In this document: in pieces, positions 21,192 to 30,853 of the stretch
Position numbering within the stretch: position 1 is the stretch's first letter
Layout of the letters: the number at the start of each line of letters is the position of its first letter
Source of the DNA: Tidjanibacter sp.
Lineage (GTDB): Bacteria > Bacteroidota > Bacteroidia > Bacteroidales > Rikenellaceae
NCBI GenBank assembly: GCA_017936005.1
Contig: JAGBGK010000005.1
Coordinates: 9,651-73,650, forward strand
Reading direction: 5' to 3'
DNA: 64,000 bases
Program-made: the position numbers and the translations under genes
The notes under the pieces: model-generated
Seen by the model: the letters and a program-made list of their open reading frames with translations, nothing else
The model's database searches: none
Told to the model about the DNA's origin: nothing

Positions 21192-21659
21192 ATGAAAACT
21201 GCACTTTTCCCAGGGTCGTTTGATCCCTTTACCGTTGGCCACCAAGCCCTTGTGAGCGAAGGACTCCGTTTCTTCGACAAGGTGGTTGTGGCTGTGGGCG
21301 AGAACCCCGAAAAGAGAGGCCTCTTGACTACCGCAAACCGCAAACGCCTCATTGAGGATTTGTATAGGGACGAGCCTCGTGTGGAGGTGGTGAGTTATAG
21401 TGGCCTGACGGGTAACTACTGCCGTGAGCACGAGTTGAAGTTCATACTGCGTGGTATGCGCAACACGGTGGATTTCGACTTTGAGAGGAATATGATGCAG
21501 ATAAACCAGAGGCTCTATCCGGAGATTACCACAGTGTTGCTGTTTACTCCCTCGGAGTATGTGGCTGTGTCGAGCAGCGTCATCAGAGAGATATTGTCGT
21601 TTGGTGGCGATGTGGCCCAATTTATGCCCGCAGGGGTTGATATTAAAGACTATTTGTAA
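21192..21659 (+). CDS. coaD: Phosphopantetheine adenylyltransferase
   Basis: PGSFDPFTVGH, RGMR...DF.FE, SSS. Confidence 0.96.
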   Translation: MKTALFPGSFDPFTVGHQALVSEGLRFFDKVVVAVGENPEKRGLLTTANRKRLIEDLYRDEPRVEVVSYSGLTGNYCREHELKFILRGMRNTVDFDFERNMMQINQRLYPEITTVLLFTPSEYVAVSSSVIREILSFGGDVAQFMPAGVDIKDYL

Positions 21660-21690
21660 CCACAATAAGAACAAATAAGAAGACAATAAG

Positions 21691-22728
21691 ATGCAATTTA
21701 GTGCGGAGATGATTGCTGCCGGTTTGGGTGGCGAGATTGTTGGTAACAAGGATGTTACCGTTAGTACGTTTGCAAAAATCGAGGAGGGACACCCTGGGGC
21801 CATTTCATTTTTGGCCAACCCCAAGTATGAGCCCTACCTCTACACCACCGACTCGTCGATTGTGATTGTCAATCGCTCGTTGGAGCCTAAGGGCGAGGTG
21901 AAGGCAACGCTTATCAAGGTGGACGATGCCTATGGCTGCTTTGCCAAACTGCTGGAACTCTATGCGGCCTACAAGCCCAAAAAGAGTGGTGTGCACCCTA
22001 CGGCTGTGGTGGCCGAGAGTGCCAAGGTGGGCGAGGGCTGCTACATTGGTGCCTATGTTGTGGTTGACGAGGGCGCAGTGATTGGCGAGGGTGTGAGCCT
22101 CTATCCCCACGTCTATGTTGGCGATGGTGCCACCATTGGCGATGGCACAACGCTCCACTCGGGCGTTAAGGTCTATGAGGGCTGCAAGATTGGTAAGAGG
22201 TGTATCATCCACTCGGGCGCAGTTGTTGGCTCCGATGGATTCGGCTTTGCACCCAATGCACAGGGTTCCTATGATAAGATTCCGCAGATTGGTATCGTTA
22301 CCATTGAGGACGACGTGGAGATTGGTGCCAACACCACCATCGACCGTGCCACTATGGGCTCGACGGTTATTGAGAAGGGAGCTAAGTTGGATAACTTGGT
22401 GCAGATTGGCCACAATGTGGTCATTGGCGAGAGTACCGTTATGGCGGGCCAGTCGGCAGTGGCAGGCTCGGCAAAGGTGGGCAAGAGGTGTATGATTGGC
22501 GGTCAGGCAGGCGTTGTGGGCCATATCACTGTGGGCGATGGCTCGATTGTGGCCTCGGTTACGGGTGTGAGCAACTCCGTACCCGCCGGCTCGCAGATTA
22601 TGGGCAACCACGGCATTGACGCTCGCCGCTTCCGTAGGGTGAATGCTGTCTACCGCAACCTGCCCGAACTGCAACGCACCGTCAACCAACTCGAAAAGGA
22701 GGTTAAGAAGTTGAAGGACAAGGAGTAG
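21691..22728 (+). CDS. lpxD: UDP-3-O-(3-hydroxymyristoyl)glucosamine N-acyltransferase
   Basis: Hexapeptide repeats, GSDGFG, GANTTIDR, KLDNLVQIGHN. Confidence 0.96.
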   Translation: MQFSAEMIAAGLGGEIVGNKDVTVSTFAKIEEGHPGAISFLANPKYEPYLYTTDSSIVIVNRSLEPKGEVKATLIKVDDAYGCFAKLLELYAAYKPKKSGVHPTAVVAESAKVGEGCYIGAYVVVDEGAVIGEGVSLYPHVYVGDGATIGDGTTLHSGVKVYEGCKIGKRCIIHSGAVVGSDGFGFAPNAQGSYDKIPQIGIVTIEDDVEIGANTTIDRATMGSTVIEKGAKLDNLVQIGHNVVIGESTVMAGQSAVAGSAKVGKRCMIGGQAGVVGHITVGDGSIVASVTGVSNSVPAGSQIMGNHGIDARRFRRVNAVYRNLPELQRTVNQLEKEVKKLKDKE

Positions 22729-22756
22729 TGATTTAATTCTCAATTCCAACTCTTCT

Positions 22757-23347
22757 ATGGCTGCCGACCAACACCGCATAATTATGGGCATAGACCCGGG
22801 TACAAACCGTATGGGCTACGGGGTGTTGGAGGTGCTGGGCAAGAATAAACTGCGTGCCGTGGTGATTGGCGACGTGGATATGACCAAGATGAAAGACCCC
22901 TACGAGAAGTTACGCTACATTTTCGATAGGGTGCTGGCCTTGGTGGACGAGTATAGGCCCGATGAGGTGGCGTTGGAGAGCCCCTTCTTTGGCGAGAATG
23001 TGCAGAGTATGCTCAAATTGGGTAGGGCACAAGGTGTGGCTATGGCGGCAGCATTGTGCAGGGGACACAAGGTCTTTGAGTATGCACCGAGGAGGGTTAA
23101 GCAGGCCATTACGGGTAATGGCGGTGCGGCCAAGGAGCAGGTGGCATCGATGTTGAAGAGTATGTTGGGGGTGGAGTATAACCCCAAGAGGTTGGACGCT
23201 ACGGATGGTCTGGCGGTGGCTCTGTGCCACTACTTCGAAACCTCGCAGGTCATTCCTCACCAGCCCGTGAGCCGCACACGTAGGAGTAGCAGTAACTCCT
23301 CGTGGGAGAAATTTGTCAACAACAACCCCGATAGGGTGAAGAGGTAA
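22757..23347 (+). CDS. ruvC: Holliday junction resolvase
   Basis: GIDPG, KLGRAQG, DATDGLAVA. Confidence 0.96.
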   Translation: MAADQHRIIMGIDPGTNRMGYGVLEVLGKNKLRAVVIGDVDMTKMKDPYEKLRYIFDRVLALVDEYRPDEVALESPFFGENVQSMLKLGRAQGVAMAAALCRGHKVFEYAPRRVKQAITGNGGAAKEQVASMLKSMLGVEYNPKRLDATDGLAVALCHYFETSQVIPHQPVSRTRRSSSNSSWEKFVNNNPDRVKR

Positions 23348-23384
23348 ATCGAATTAGAATAACAAACCAAAACCAAATAAGACT

Positions 23385-24440
23385 ATGAAAAAAATCATTC
23401 TTTTTGCAGCTGCTACCGCAATGTTGCTGGTGGGCTGCCAGAACACAAAGACCTATGCAGTGAGTGGTACCATCGAGGGCCTCGAAGGTACTGTTGCACT
23501 GATGCCTATGTCGGGCGATGACAAGGAGGCTTATGGTGAGGCTACCGTTGAGAATGGCGCATTTACCATTGAGGTTGAGAGCCAGACTCCTCTTTTCTCT
23601 CTGTTGACCGTTAATGGCCAGCCCGTGGTGCCCGTATTCTTGGAGGAGGGTGCCATCACCGTTAATGGCTCGGCCGAGGACCTCGAAAATGTGAAGGCTG
23701 CCGGTACCGTGTCGAACGACGCTTTTGCTGCCTATGTGGAGGCACAGAACACACTCGCTGCCAAACTCGAAAACCCCGAGGTTAGCGAGGAGGAGATGAG
23801 GGCTGTCTATGAGCAGATTGAGGCTCTGAACGACGAGAGCTACGAGGCCAACAAGGATAACCTCTGGGGTGCCTATATCCTCGTGATGAACAAATACTAC
23901 TCGATGGAGGCCGAGGACATCTTGGCTGCCGTTGCTGCCTACCCCAAGGAGTTGCAGAAGTTGCCCGAGTTGGTAAAGGTTAAGGGCAGGGCCGAGGGTA
24001 TGTTGCGTACCGCTGTTGGCAAGGAGTTCATTGAGGTTAAGATGCCCGACGCAGAGGGTAAGGAGATTTCGTTGAGCGAGGTTGTTAAGGCCAATAAGGT
24101 CACTTTATTGGACTTCTGGGCTTCGTGGTGCCGTCCCTGTATGGGCGAGGTGCCCTACCTGCTGGCCGACTATGCCGAGTACCACGACAAGGGCTTTGAG
24201 ATTTATGGTATCAGCCTTGACAACAACAAGGATGCTTGGGTGAACACCATGAACGACAAGGGTATGAAGTGGGTAAACGTAAGTATCCTTGGCGGTTGGG
24301 AGGCTCCCGCAGTTAAGGACTACGCTGTTAGCTCCATTCCCACCAACTTCCTCATCAATAGCGAGGGCGTGATTATTGCGAAGAACCTCCGTGGCGAGGC
24401 TCTGGGCGCAAAGTTGGCCGAGATTTTTGCCGAGGAGTAG
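23385..24440 (+). CDS. TlpA/AhpC-TSA thiol-disulfide oxidoreductase lipoprotein with DUF4369-like N-domain
   Basis: LVGC lipobox, DFWASWCRPC, IPTNFLI. Confidence 0.9.
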   Translation: MKKIILFAAATAMLLVGCQNTKTYAVSGTIEGLEGTVALMPMSGDDKEAYGEATVENGAFTIEVESQTPLFSLLTVNGQPVVPVFLEEGAITVNGSAEDLENVKAAGTVSNDAFAAYVEAQNTLAAKLENPEVSEEEMRAVYEQIEALNDESYEANKDNLWGAYILVMNKYYSMEAEDILAAVAAYPKELQKLPELVKVKGRAEGMLRTAVGKEFIEVKMPDAEGKEISLSEVVKANKVTLLDFWASWCRPCMGEVPYLLADYAEYHDKGFEIYGISLDNNKDAWVNTMNDKGMKWVNVSILGGWEAPAVKDYAVSSIPTNFLINSEGVIIAKNLRGEALGAKLAEIFAEE

Positions 24441-24455
24441 TTCTGCCGGTTGAAT

Positions 24456-24489
24456 AAAAAAGCCACGGGAAACACCCGTGGCTTTTTTT
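24456..24489 (+). terminator. Intrinsic terminator
   Basis: AAAAAAGCCACGGG-AAACA-CCCGTGGCTTTTTTT. Confidence 0.85.
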
Positions 24490-24495
24490 GTTGTT

Positions 24496-24727
24496 GTCAA
24501 CCGTCAACCGTCGACCGTCGACCGATAACAGTCTAACGTCTAACGTCTAACGTCCAACGTCCAACGTCTGATGTCTTTTTTAATACCCAAGACCTCGGAG
24601 GGGCCCCACCTTTTTCGCGGGTATCTTTTTTGTTACCCGAGAGGTGGGGTGTAGGGGCCTTAGTGAGTTTAGGGAGTGTAGTGAGTTTAGGGAAAATAAT
24701 TTTCAATTTTCCATTTTCAATTTTCCA
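24496..24727. repeat. Mosaic repeat cassette (CCGTCRA x4, GTCYAAC x5-6, GGGTATC hairpin inside CCCCACCT/AGGTGGGG, 9-mer tract, TTTTCMA x4)
   Basis: Read directly. Confidence 0.85.
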
Positions 24728-27148
24728 TTATTTTGTAATGGTGTACTCGCCTGCGGATAGGGTGACATAGAGAGTACCATTCTCGGCAGTAACCGTGCCT
24801 TTGGCCACGCTCTTGCCATTTTGGAGCACCTTCCAAGCACCCTCCGAGAGGTCGCACACAAGGAGTTTAACCTTACTCTTCTCGCCACTTTCGGGAGTGG
24901 GAATGGTGAACGTGAATGCCTCATTCTGCGAAGTCGCATCCTTGCGGAATACCACAACACGGTCGGCAATAACAACGCCCACGTGGGTGTCGGTGTTGAT
25001 GCGCTGTACGCTATTGAGCGAGCCGGCACCATTGTCGGCCACCTGGATGACGTTGAGGAAGTGGTTCTCGGCAGCGGGATTTTTGGGCGTTACCTCCACC
25101 CTCCATTCGCCCCTCTCGTTGCAGGGGTCGGGACGTGTGGTGGCAGCGTTGGGATAGTTGGTGCCGAACACCCAGAACTCCTTGCCGGGGCCACCCACCT
25201 TCTCGATGTTGAGGTCGTCGGCCTCGGGGAGCAATACCGAGCAGTGGAGCATACCGCTGTCGCCATCCTTGGTACGCTTAACAACGAAGCTCTCGCTCTC
25301 GATGGCAGGCTCTTCGATGCTGTGCAGGAGCCAATATTTCTTGAAGTCGGGGTTGGACGACACGATGCGGTCGAAGACAATCATAGTGGCAGGTACGGTG
25401 TGAGTTGTTGCCGTCTTGGTACTCTTACCCTTACCATCGGTTGTTTCGAAGTTGAGGAATACAAAACTACGCCTAACGTCCTGTACCTTTGAGCTATAAG
25501 CCTTTGTGATGTCGCCTTTCAGGTAGGAGTACTCGGGGCGTTTTTCGGATGGGCCAAAGCCGTGGCCGAGAATCTTACCAACAGTATATTCCTCGCTTAG
25601 CAGCATATCGAAACTACGGCACGACTCCCAACGGTCGCCGGGCATACGCTGGCCACCGTCGTTGGCGGCAAACTCGGTTTTATCACTACCACCATAGTTC
25701 CAGCAAGCAAACTTCTCATCGGGGTCGTAGATGAGCAGTGAGTTGTGGGCGATGGTACGCTTAAAGTAGTTTTTGTTGTGAGGGCTGTTGTAGCCACCCG
25801 ACGAGCCTTGATAGGAGCCGGAGTCGATGGCCAAGGGGCCCTTGTGGTAGATTTGGAACGAGCCACCGTCGAGGTGCTGGTGGTTGCCATAGAACTGCTC
25901 GGTGATGCGCATCTCGGCAATCACACAGTTGTCATCCCAACCCGTGCGAGCAATCATCCAACCAAAGGGAGTGCCGCTGTAACGGGTGAGAGGAAGATTG
26001 TTTGGAGCCTTACCAACGAGGTCAAAGTCCCTCCACAAGAGTTCCAACATCAGCATATGGGGTTCCACTTTGTTGCGGCGGTCAAATTCGTAGGCGAGGT
26101 AGGGGTCGTTGTAGTAGCTTGCAGCGAGGAATGCGGGCTGTGAGTAGTTCTGTGGTTGCTTGCGAGGTGCGGGATTTTCGTCGCCAAAATAGAGCACCTG
26201 CCCATCGGGACGGCGGCGATAGATGAGGTCATACATCACATACTGCTGTGCGGGGTCGTAGATGGCACCTGCGCCCATCCTGTCCAAAATCCACAGAGAG
26301 TTGAGATCGTTGGTAAAACGCACCGACACGTAGCTACTGCCCTGATGGTAGTTTTGTCCCTTGTAGGTGTAGTTGCGCACGGGGATATAGTCCTCATACA
26401 TCATCTTGATAACATAGTGATACATATCGGGGTACTCGTCGTAGATGGCGATACCGCACGAAAGCATATCGCGCAAAATCATCCACTCCGAGCCGTGGCC
26501 TGTAACGGCCTCGTTGCGTTTGGGGGGATAGTGGCACTCCATTGTGCCTGCGATACGCACAAACTCCTTGATATACTGCTGCCTCTCGCTGGGAGTCATC
26601 ACATCGTAGCACCAATCATAGACCATAGCACCCACCATCAACATCGTACCGCTGGCACGCGAAAGGTCGTTTTTGGTGCCGAAAGAGGTGGTTTTCAGGG
26701 TGTCGAGCATCGACTTAACGGCCTTGCGACCGAGCATCATATCGTCGTACAAGAGGTGGTCCAATGCTTGTAGTTGAACCTCGGAGGTTACACCCCTCAT
26801 TTGGGCATAGTAGCGAAAACCACGGTCGGTGGCGGCAGCCTCCTCTTCGGGGGTGCGGGGCACAGCGGCTTTTTGGATGCGGCGCAGGATGGAACGAGCA
26901 TCCGGAGTGTTTAGCTTCTCCATCAATTCGGGAATGTCTTTCCTACGGAGGAATACCCTGGGGTGTTCGGTTGGTGGTAGAGGAACCATTGTACCATCGA
27001 GGTTGGCCCACACAACCTCCTTCTCCTTGCGTTCAGGCATTGAAGTTTCGGGTGTGTTGGTTTTGTCGTTCCACTCTGTCTCGGGCTGGATACAAGCCAC
27101 GCTGAGCAGTGTCATTACAGAAAGAAAAAGTCCGTGCATCTTATTCAT
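24728..27148 (-). CDS. Heparinase II-like polysaccharide lyase (PL21), lipoprotein
   Basis: SVAC lipobox; HPRVFL, GHGSE, YHQGSSY, NHQHLD, KRTIAHN, DGGQR. Confidence 0.88.
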   Translation of the reverse strand: MNKMHGLFLSVMTLLSVACIQPETEWNDKTNTPETSMPERKEKEVVWANLDGTMVPLPPTEHPRVFLRRKDIPELMEKLNTPDARSILRRIQKAAVPRTPEEEAAATDRGFRYYAQMRGVTSEVQLQALDHLLYDDMMLGRKAVKSMLDTLKTTSFGTKNDLSRASGTMLMVGAMVYDWCYDVMTPSERQQYIKEFVRIAGTMECHYPPKRNEAVTGHGSEWMILRDMLSCGIAIYDEYPDMYHYVIKMMYEDYIPVRNYTYKGQNYHQGSSYVSVRFTNDLNSLWILDRMGAGAIYDPAQQYVMYDLIYRRRPDGQVLYFGDENPAPRKQPQNYSQPAFLAASYYNDPYLAYEFDRRNKVEPHMLMLELLWRDFDLVGKAPNNLPLTRYSGTPFGWMIARTGWDDNCVIAEMRITEQFYGNHQHLDGGSFQIYHKGPLAIDSGSYQGSSGGYNSPHNKNYFKRTIAHNSLLIYDPDEKFACWNYGGSDKTEFAANDGGQRMPGDRWESCRSFDMLLSEEYTVGKILGHGFGPSEKRPEYSYLKGDITKAYSSKVQDVRRSFVFLNFETTDGKGKSTKTATTHTVPATMIVFDRIVSSNPDFKKYWLLHSIEEPAIESESFVVKRTKDGDSGMLHCSVLLPEADDLNIEKVGGPGKEFWVFGTNYPNAATTRPDPCNERGEWRVEVTPKNPAAENHFLNVIQVADNGAGSLNSVQRINTDTHVGVVIADRVVVFRKDATSQNEAFTFTIPTPESGEKSKVKLLVCDLSEGAWKVLQNGKSVAKGTVTAENGTLYVTLSAGEYTITK

Positions 27149-27185
27149 CCAAATTAGTGTTGTTATAAAGGCCTTCGCCCGCAGG

Positions 27186-27288
27186 CAAATTTACAAACAA
27201 TAATTAAAAGAATAATACATTGTGTGACTATTTTACACTAAAAACCATCTTTGACTGTTGCATTTCTGCGGGAAAGTATCTACTTTTG
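27186..27288. promoter_or_regulatory. Divergent promoters of the heparinase pair
   Basis: TAAATTTG on minus strand (27193-27186) and TACTTTTG on plus strand (27281-27288). Confidence 0.6.
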
Positions 27289-27308
27289 GCCAAAATCAAA
27301 CCTACATT

Positions 27309-29453
27309 ATGGTGATAAGGAAATTTATGATATTGGCCCTTGCGGCCATTATGACTCTTGGTGTGGCTTGCGAGCAGCCAGAGAGGGATTGGGATGATAA
27401 CTCCAACACACAGGGTGGTACCAACACCTCCAAACCGGACCCAACACCCGAGCCTGAAGAGCCGGAGTATGAACTCACGGAGGACGATAAGAAGGTCAAC
27501 TTGGAGATGTTCGACTTGCTCAATCTCGACTATTCGGGCCTTGCTGCGGTGAAGAAGGAGTATAACCAAAAGCACTACGCAAAGGCCGCCGACGAGTTGG
27601 TGAAATATATGCGCTACCGCACAGTGGCTAATCCTCTTAATCCCCTAACGGACAAGACTATAACCTCTGCCGGTAAGTTCATCGCCGACCAAGCTCTCGA
27701 ACTGCGCTTTGCGGTGAAACTCAACACGTGGATGGAGGGTGGCAACTACTACTCCTTCGATGATGGTCAGGGTGGTATCAATTGGGACTTTGTAGCTCCC
27801 GGTGCGGGCGATGAGTTCTACCAAAAACATTGGCACGCGTGGTTCTTCTACCTCGGTCAGGCACTCTTTGCCACGGGCGAGGAGAAGTATTTCGACGCGT
27901 GGAAGGAACAGTATGCCGATTGGTTGAAACACTACCCACTTCCCACCGAGAAGGTCGATATTTATCTGCCGGAGAATAAGATGTGGGGCTGTCTTTCGCT
28001 TGCCAACCGCATCACTTCGCAACTCAAAAACCTTCCCTTCTTCTTCACCTCCACCCACTTTACGGGCGATTGGCTCTCGACGGTGTTGGTGGAGTTCCAC
28101 AAGACGGTGGAGTTTAGTAGGGCCAATCCATACTATGAGAAGGCGAGCAACATACGCTTGGCACAGGATGTGGCTTTGGTGCAGGCGGCTGTGTTGATGC
28201 CTGAGTTCAAGAAGTCGGCCGAGTGGCTCTCGGAGGGTTCAAAGAATATCACCGACCAGCTCGTGCGCCAATTTAATGCGGATGGCTCGCCGTTGGAGCT
28301 CTCACCCTCCTATGGTATGGGTGTTATTGAGAACTTCCGTGCGACCTATGAGGTGGTGCAGGCCAACAATAAGTTGTCGTACATGACTGCCAACTACCTC
28401 TCGATGCTCGAAAAGGCGTGTATGTTCATCACCGACTACATCTACCCCGACTACAGTTGGGAGTGCTTCAACGATACCTTTGCCCAAAGTGTGGGGGTGC
28501 TCTCACGCAATGTGGGCAACTATGCAGCGATGTTCCCCAACAATGGCAAGTTTAAGTATGTAGGCTCTGGTGGCACTTCTGGCACCAAACCCACCGAGAA
28601 ACTTATCAGCTACCCCGTGGGCGGATTCTATTTCCTACGTAACGGCTGGGATGATAAGTCGACCATTCTTATCTACACCAACAACGCCAACCCCAAGAAC
28701 TACACCCACTGCCACCACGACAACGGTACATTCTCGCTGTGGAGTAGGGGACGTAACTTTATGCCCGATGCGGGTGTCTTTACCTATGGTGGCGATAATG
28801 GCTTGGATGACATTAGGGACCGCAATAAGTCGGCAGCAAGCCACAACACCCTCACCAAAGACCTTGCGCCCATTGCCAAGGGCTATTGTGCAGGCAAACA
28901 CCTCCTCTCGCAAGAGCAGAGTGGGGGAGTGAACGTTGTGGTGGCGGAGAATAAGTCATACAGCGACCTCTCGCACCGCAGGGGTGTGTTTATGGTTGAC
29001 GACACCTTCTATGTGGTTGTGGATGAGGCCTATGGCACGGCAGCCGGCGTGCCTGTCAATGTCAGCTTCCACCTCTGTGCCGATAAGAATAAGGGAATAG
29101 ATGTGGTGACTATTGACAACCAGAGCAGTAACTATGCCTACGGTGCTCACACAACCTTCTCGGACGGAGTGAATATGAAGTGGCTCACATTCTCCGAGAC
29201 TCACACGGGCTTTAAGGGCGAGAGCGGCACAAGCTACTATTCGGAGAAACTCAACACGGAGACGGCTCGTAAGTTCTACCGCCTGACGGCCACCAAACAG
29301 AGTGCCTCGGATGTTGTGAGGTTTATTACCGTCATCCACCCCGACACTTCGGCCTCCATCGGTGCCGAGTTTGTGGGAGCCTATTCGTCAAATGGAACCA
29401 CGGTGAAAGTGACCGTCAAGGGTAAAACCTACAACCTCTCCTATAAGTTGTAA
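27309..29453 (+). CDS. Heparinase III-like (PL12) heparan-sulfate lyase, lipoprotein
   Basis: GVAC lipobox; LNLDY.GL..VK, ELSPSY, RNGW, HCHHDNGTF, DAG, HNTL. Confidence 0.85.
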   Translation: MVIRKFMILALAAIMTLGVACEQPERDWDDNSNTQGGTNTSKPDPTPEPEEPEYELTEDDKKVNLEMFDLLNLDYSGLAAVKKEYNQKHYAKAADELVKYMRYRTVANPLNPLTDKTITSAGKFIADQALELRFAVKLNTWMEGGNYYSFDDGQGGINWDFVAPGAGDEFYQKHWHAWFFYLGQALFATGEEKYFDAWKEQYADWLKHYPLPTEKVDIYLPENKMWGCLSLANRITSQLKNLPFFFTSTHFTGDWLSTVLVEFHKTVEFSRANPYYEKASNIRLAQDVALVQAAVLMPEFKKSAEWLSEGSKNITDQLVRQFNADGSPLELSPSYGMGVIENFRATYEVVQANNKLSYMTANYLSMLEKACMFITDYIYPDYSWECFNDTFAQSVGVLSRNVGNYAAMFPNNGKFKYVGSGGTSGTKPTEKLISYPVGGFYFLRNGWDDKSTILIYTNNANPKNYTHCHHDNGTFSLWSRGRNFMPDAGVFTYGGDNGLDDIRDRNKSAASHNTLTKDLAPIAKGYCAGKHLLSQEQSGGVNVVVAENKSYSDLSHRRGVFMVDDTFYVVVDEAYGTAAGVPVNVSFHLCADKNKGIDVVTIDNQSSNYAYGAHTTFSDGVNMKWLTFSETHTGFKGESGTSYYSEKLNTETARKFYRLTATKQSASDVVRFITVIHPDTSASIGAEFVGAYSSNGTTVKVTVKGKTYNLSYKL

Positions 29454-29465
29454 GTAAAATCCAAA

Positions 29466-29498
29466 CAAAAAGTGCGCCCCGCAAGGCTCACTTTTTTG
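29466..29498 (+). terminator. Probable intrinsic terminator
   Basis: CAAAAAGTG...CACTTTTTTG imperfect stem with T tail. Confidence 0.6.
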
Positions 29499-29795
29499 TC
29501 GACCGTCGACCGACTAATACAAAATTCAAAATTCAAAATTCAAAATGTTTTCTTCTATTCACGGGTATCTTTTTTGTTACCCGTAAGTTTTTGCACACTC
29601 CTCCGCCACTGCATGGCACCTCTTACCTTAGGGGAGGAATACTCCCCCTCTGAGTTAGAGGGGTGTCTGAAAGGCGGGGGCGTCTGTTAATTTTCCATTT
29701 TCAATTGACCAAACTTCGTTTGCTCTAAAATGCTCCTGCTCGGCATAGTTTGCAAGCAACCTCTGCCCTCGCATACTCGCATTTGCTTCAATTTT
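29498..29795. repeat. Mosaic repeat cassette (CCGTCGA x2, AAATTCA x3, GGGTATC hairpin, REP dimer, TTTTCMA, bulged hairpin)
   Basis: Read directly; REP dimer 29589-29683 matches 42098-42194 in reverse orientation. Confidence 0.85.
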
Positions 29796-30691
29796 CAATT
29801 TTTGAGGAACTCTTTGATGTTGTTGAGCACCTTCTCGCTCAGGCGGTCGAAGGCCTGGATGGTACGGCCGGTGGAGATGTTCACGGTGCGTACCTGTGGG
29901 TGAGTCATAAGGTGTGCTCCGCCCAGCGTACCGAGCGTGTCGCAGTAGAGGCGGTTGTCGGGTGCGCTCTCCAACCAACCGAGCATCGGGGCCTCGTCCC
30001 AAGCGGGCGAAAGACCGGTGTTGAAGAGCACTTTGTGTCCGCCCATCACGGCAAACTCCTCCTCGTGGAGCAGGATGGTGTTTTTGTTAAGGCAGCAGAA
30101 GACCACATCGCTCTCGGCAAGCACCTCTTTGAGAGGTTTGTATTGGTAGCCTTTCTCTTTGGCCCACTCCTTCTCGGAGCGTGCAAAATAGCTAATCTCG
30201 GCACCGAAAAAGCGCATCGCATCGGCAATCATTCCACCCGATTTACCGAGTCCTACAACGCCCACTTTAAGGCCCGTAATCTCCCTCGGAGTGCCCTCCC
30301 AGGGCTCCTCGCCAAAGCCGTGGAGCAGGCGCACGAGTTCGCTCACAACATACTCCACAACGCCCTCGTCGCCATAGTCACGGATGCCCGTAACGGTGAT
30401 GCCGCGTGATGCTGCATAGCGAATGTCCACATTGGCACTCTCGGGTGAGTAGAGCGAGCAGCACATTCCAATATATCGCAGGTTTGGGCACAACTCCATT
30501 GCACCCTTTTCCAAACGTGAGGTGTAGCTCAACAACACTGCATCGGCATCGCCCACACGGGCAGCAATCTCCTCGTCGGAGGAGGGAATATCGTCATACA
30601 TAACAACCTCTTCGGCCAAGGTGAGAAGTTCTTTTTCGGCCGAGGGAATAAGACTTACGGGCTCGATAGCCACAAGTTTTTTGAATGTCAT
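29795..30691 (-). CDS. D-2-hydroxyacid dehydrogenase-fold NAD(P)-binding protein
   Basis: GVVGLGKSG Rossmann motif, NVDI..A..RGITVT; canonical catalytic triad not visible. Confidence 0.75.
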   Translation of the reverse strand: MTFKKLVAIEPVSLIPSAEKELLTLAEEVVMYDDIPSSDEEIAARVGDADAVLLSYTSRLEKGAMELCPNLRYIGMCCSLYSPESANVDIRYAASRGITVTGIRDYGDEGVVEYVVSELVRLLHGFGEEPWEGTPREITGLKVGVVGLGKSGGMIADAMRFFGAEISYFARSEKEWAKEKGYQYKPLKEVLAESDVVFCCLNKNTILLHEEEFAVMGGHKVLFNTGLSPAWDEAPMLGWLESAPDNRLYCDTLGTLGGAHLMTHPQVRTVNISTGRTIQAFDRLSEKVLNNIKEFLKN

Positions 30692-30853
30692 AACAAAATA
30701 TGTTTGCTGGTTTTAATCTTCGTTTGTGCAAAGATACAACGAAAACATCAAAGAGAAAAATCGGACAAAGGGAGCGAAATGTTTCCATTCGGATATTGTA
30801 TATCCGAAAAAAAAGACTACCTTGCGGACGGAAAAAAAATTTTGTTTGAGAAT

